Shown in pieces: positions 53,976 through 54,478 of a stretch of 54,478 nt of DNA (positions within the stretch are counted from its first letter, which is position 1; the number at the start of each line of letters is the position of its first letter). The notes under the pieces are model-generated. The model searched no databases and was not told where the DNA came from. It worked only from the letters and a program-made list of their open reading frames with translations. Position numbers and translations under genes: made by a program. Source of the DNA: a virus (taxonomy: Duplodnaviria > Caudoviricetes); the IMG/VR virus record IMGVR_UViG_3300049982_000333, positions 1 through 54,478 of that record, one strand, 5' to 3'.

Positions 53976-54296
53976 TCACCCGCCAGTTCGTGGGTTCAGC
54001 TCGGATGGCTCGACGCCTGGCGGTAGTTCGCCGGTCGCGTAGCCACTGCGGTGGGCGATCTCGTCCTGCACGGCGAGCTCCATCATCAGGGACACGACGT
54101 CCTCGCGGGCGATGCTCGGCACCAGGCCGGACGCGCGCTGGGCGTCGGTCAGTACGGCGTACCTGGTGGCCCACCATCGCGGGCCGAGCAACCTGACGTA
54201 CCGGATCCTCCACGCGGGGTAGTCCTGGCTCAAGGCGGCGATCTTCCGTTCCCTGGCCTGGTCGGCCTTTGCCACGCCGAGGTCTGACTCGCTCAC
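53976..54296 (-). CDS. Hypothetical protein
   Basis: YPAWRI...WWATR motif; GTGA overlap. Confidence 0.7.
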   Translation of the reverse strand: MSESDLGVAKADQARERKIAALSQDYPAWRIRYVRLLGPRWWATRYAVLTDAQRASGLVPSIAREDVVSLMMELAVQDEIAHRSGYATGELPPGVEPSELNPRTGG

Positions 54297-54478
54297 GATG
54301 GCCTCGCAGCCAGGTCGGCGATGCTCTCCTGAGTGGCGATCTGCTGGCACACGGCGAGGAGGTCATGGCCTAGGACCACCCGCATGGCCCCCGCCGTCCT
54401 GGCTGAGGTGCTGTACCGCTCCTGCCGGATGGCGAGCAGCCCGTAGCTGAGACGCTGCATAGTCCAGACGGCGGCCAT
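54293..54478 (-). CDS. Hypothetical protein (distant paralog of 53976-54296)
   Basis: Shared W...AxR...RxxG...D...QxxIA layout; at the window edge. Confidence 0.55.
   Translation of the reverse strand: MAAVWTMQRLSYGLLAIRQERYSTSARTAGAMRVVLGHDLLAVCQQIATQESIADLAARPS

Larger units (their letters stand above)
47488..54478 (-). mobile_element. Actinomycete plasmid/AICE-type conjugative transfer module
   Basis: TraB/FtsK, Spd-like membrane protein, small TM-zinc-finger gene, clt-like repeats. Confidence 0.75.

Overview
High-GC actinobacterial mobile element, most likely a temperate siphovirus or prophage from a filamentous actinomycete (host assignment is inference). Layout: (1) 1-13.2 kb, + strand: an early or accessory array of small genes driven by a repeated AT-rich promoter. 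It includes three DUF6349-like paralogs, an N6-adenine-type methyltransferase, DUF3560, DUF488-like and PAPS-reductase-like genes, an orphan Phd-type antitoxin, and many short QLxL(F)-type peptide motifs. (2) 13.3-17.5 kb: a non-canonical tRNA-Gly(TCC)-like RNA directly upstream of a methyltransferase-like/GNAT(Mom)-like fusion, ParB/Srx, small terminase and late regulators. This is the best candidate for an undescribed system: tRNA-dependent DNA hypermodification. (3) 17.6-25.6 kb: two parallel fibre/adhesin cassettes inserted between terS and terL. (4) 25.6-47.4 kb: head, tail and lysis genes (terL, portal-MuF fusion, ClpP protease with nested scaffold, capsid, tail tube, frameshifted chaperone, tape measure, tail tip, amidase, holins). 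(5) 47.5-54.5 kb, - strand: an actinomycete conjugation module (TraB/FtsK with clt-like repeats, a stand-alone TraB-like wHTH, an Spd-like membrane protein with a hidden 12-bp-phased heptamer array, a PIMT homolog). No integrase, replicase, att site or CRISPR array is visible in the window. All family calls come from motif recognition by eye, not from database searches.
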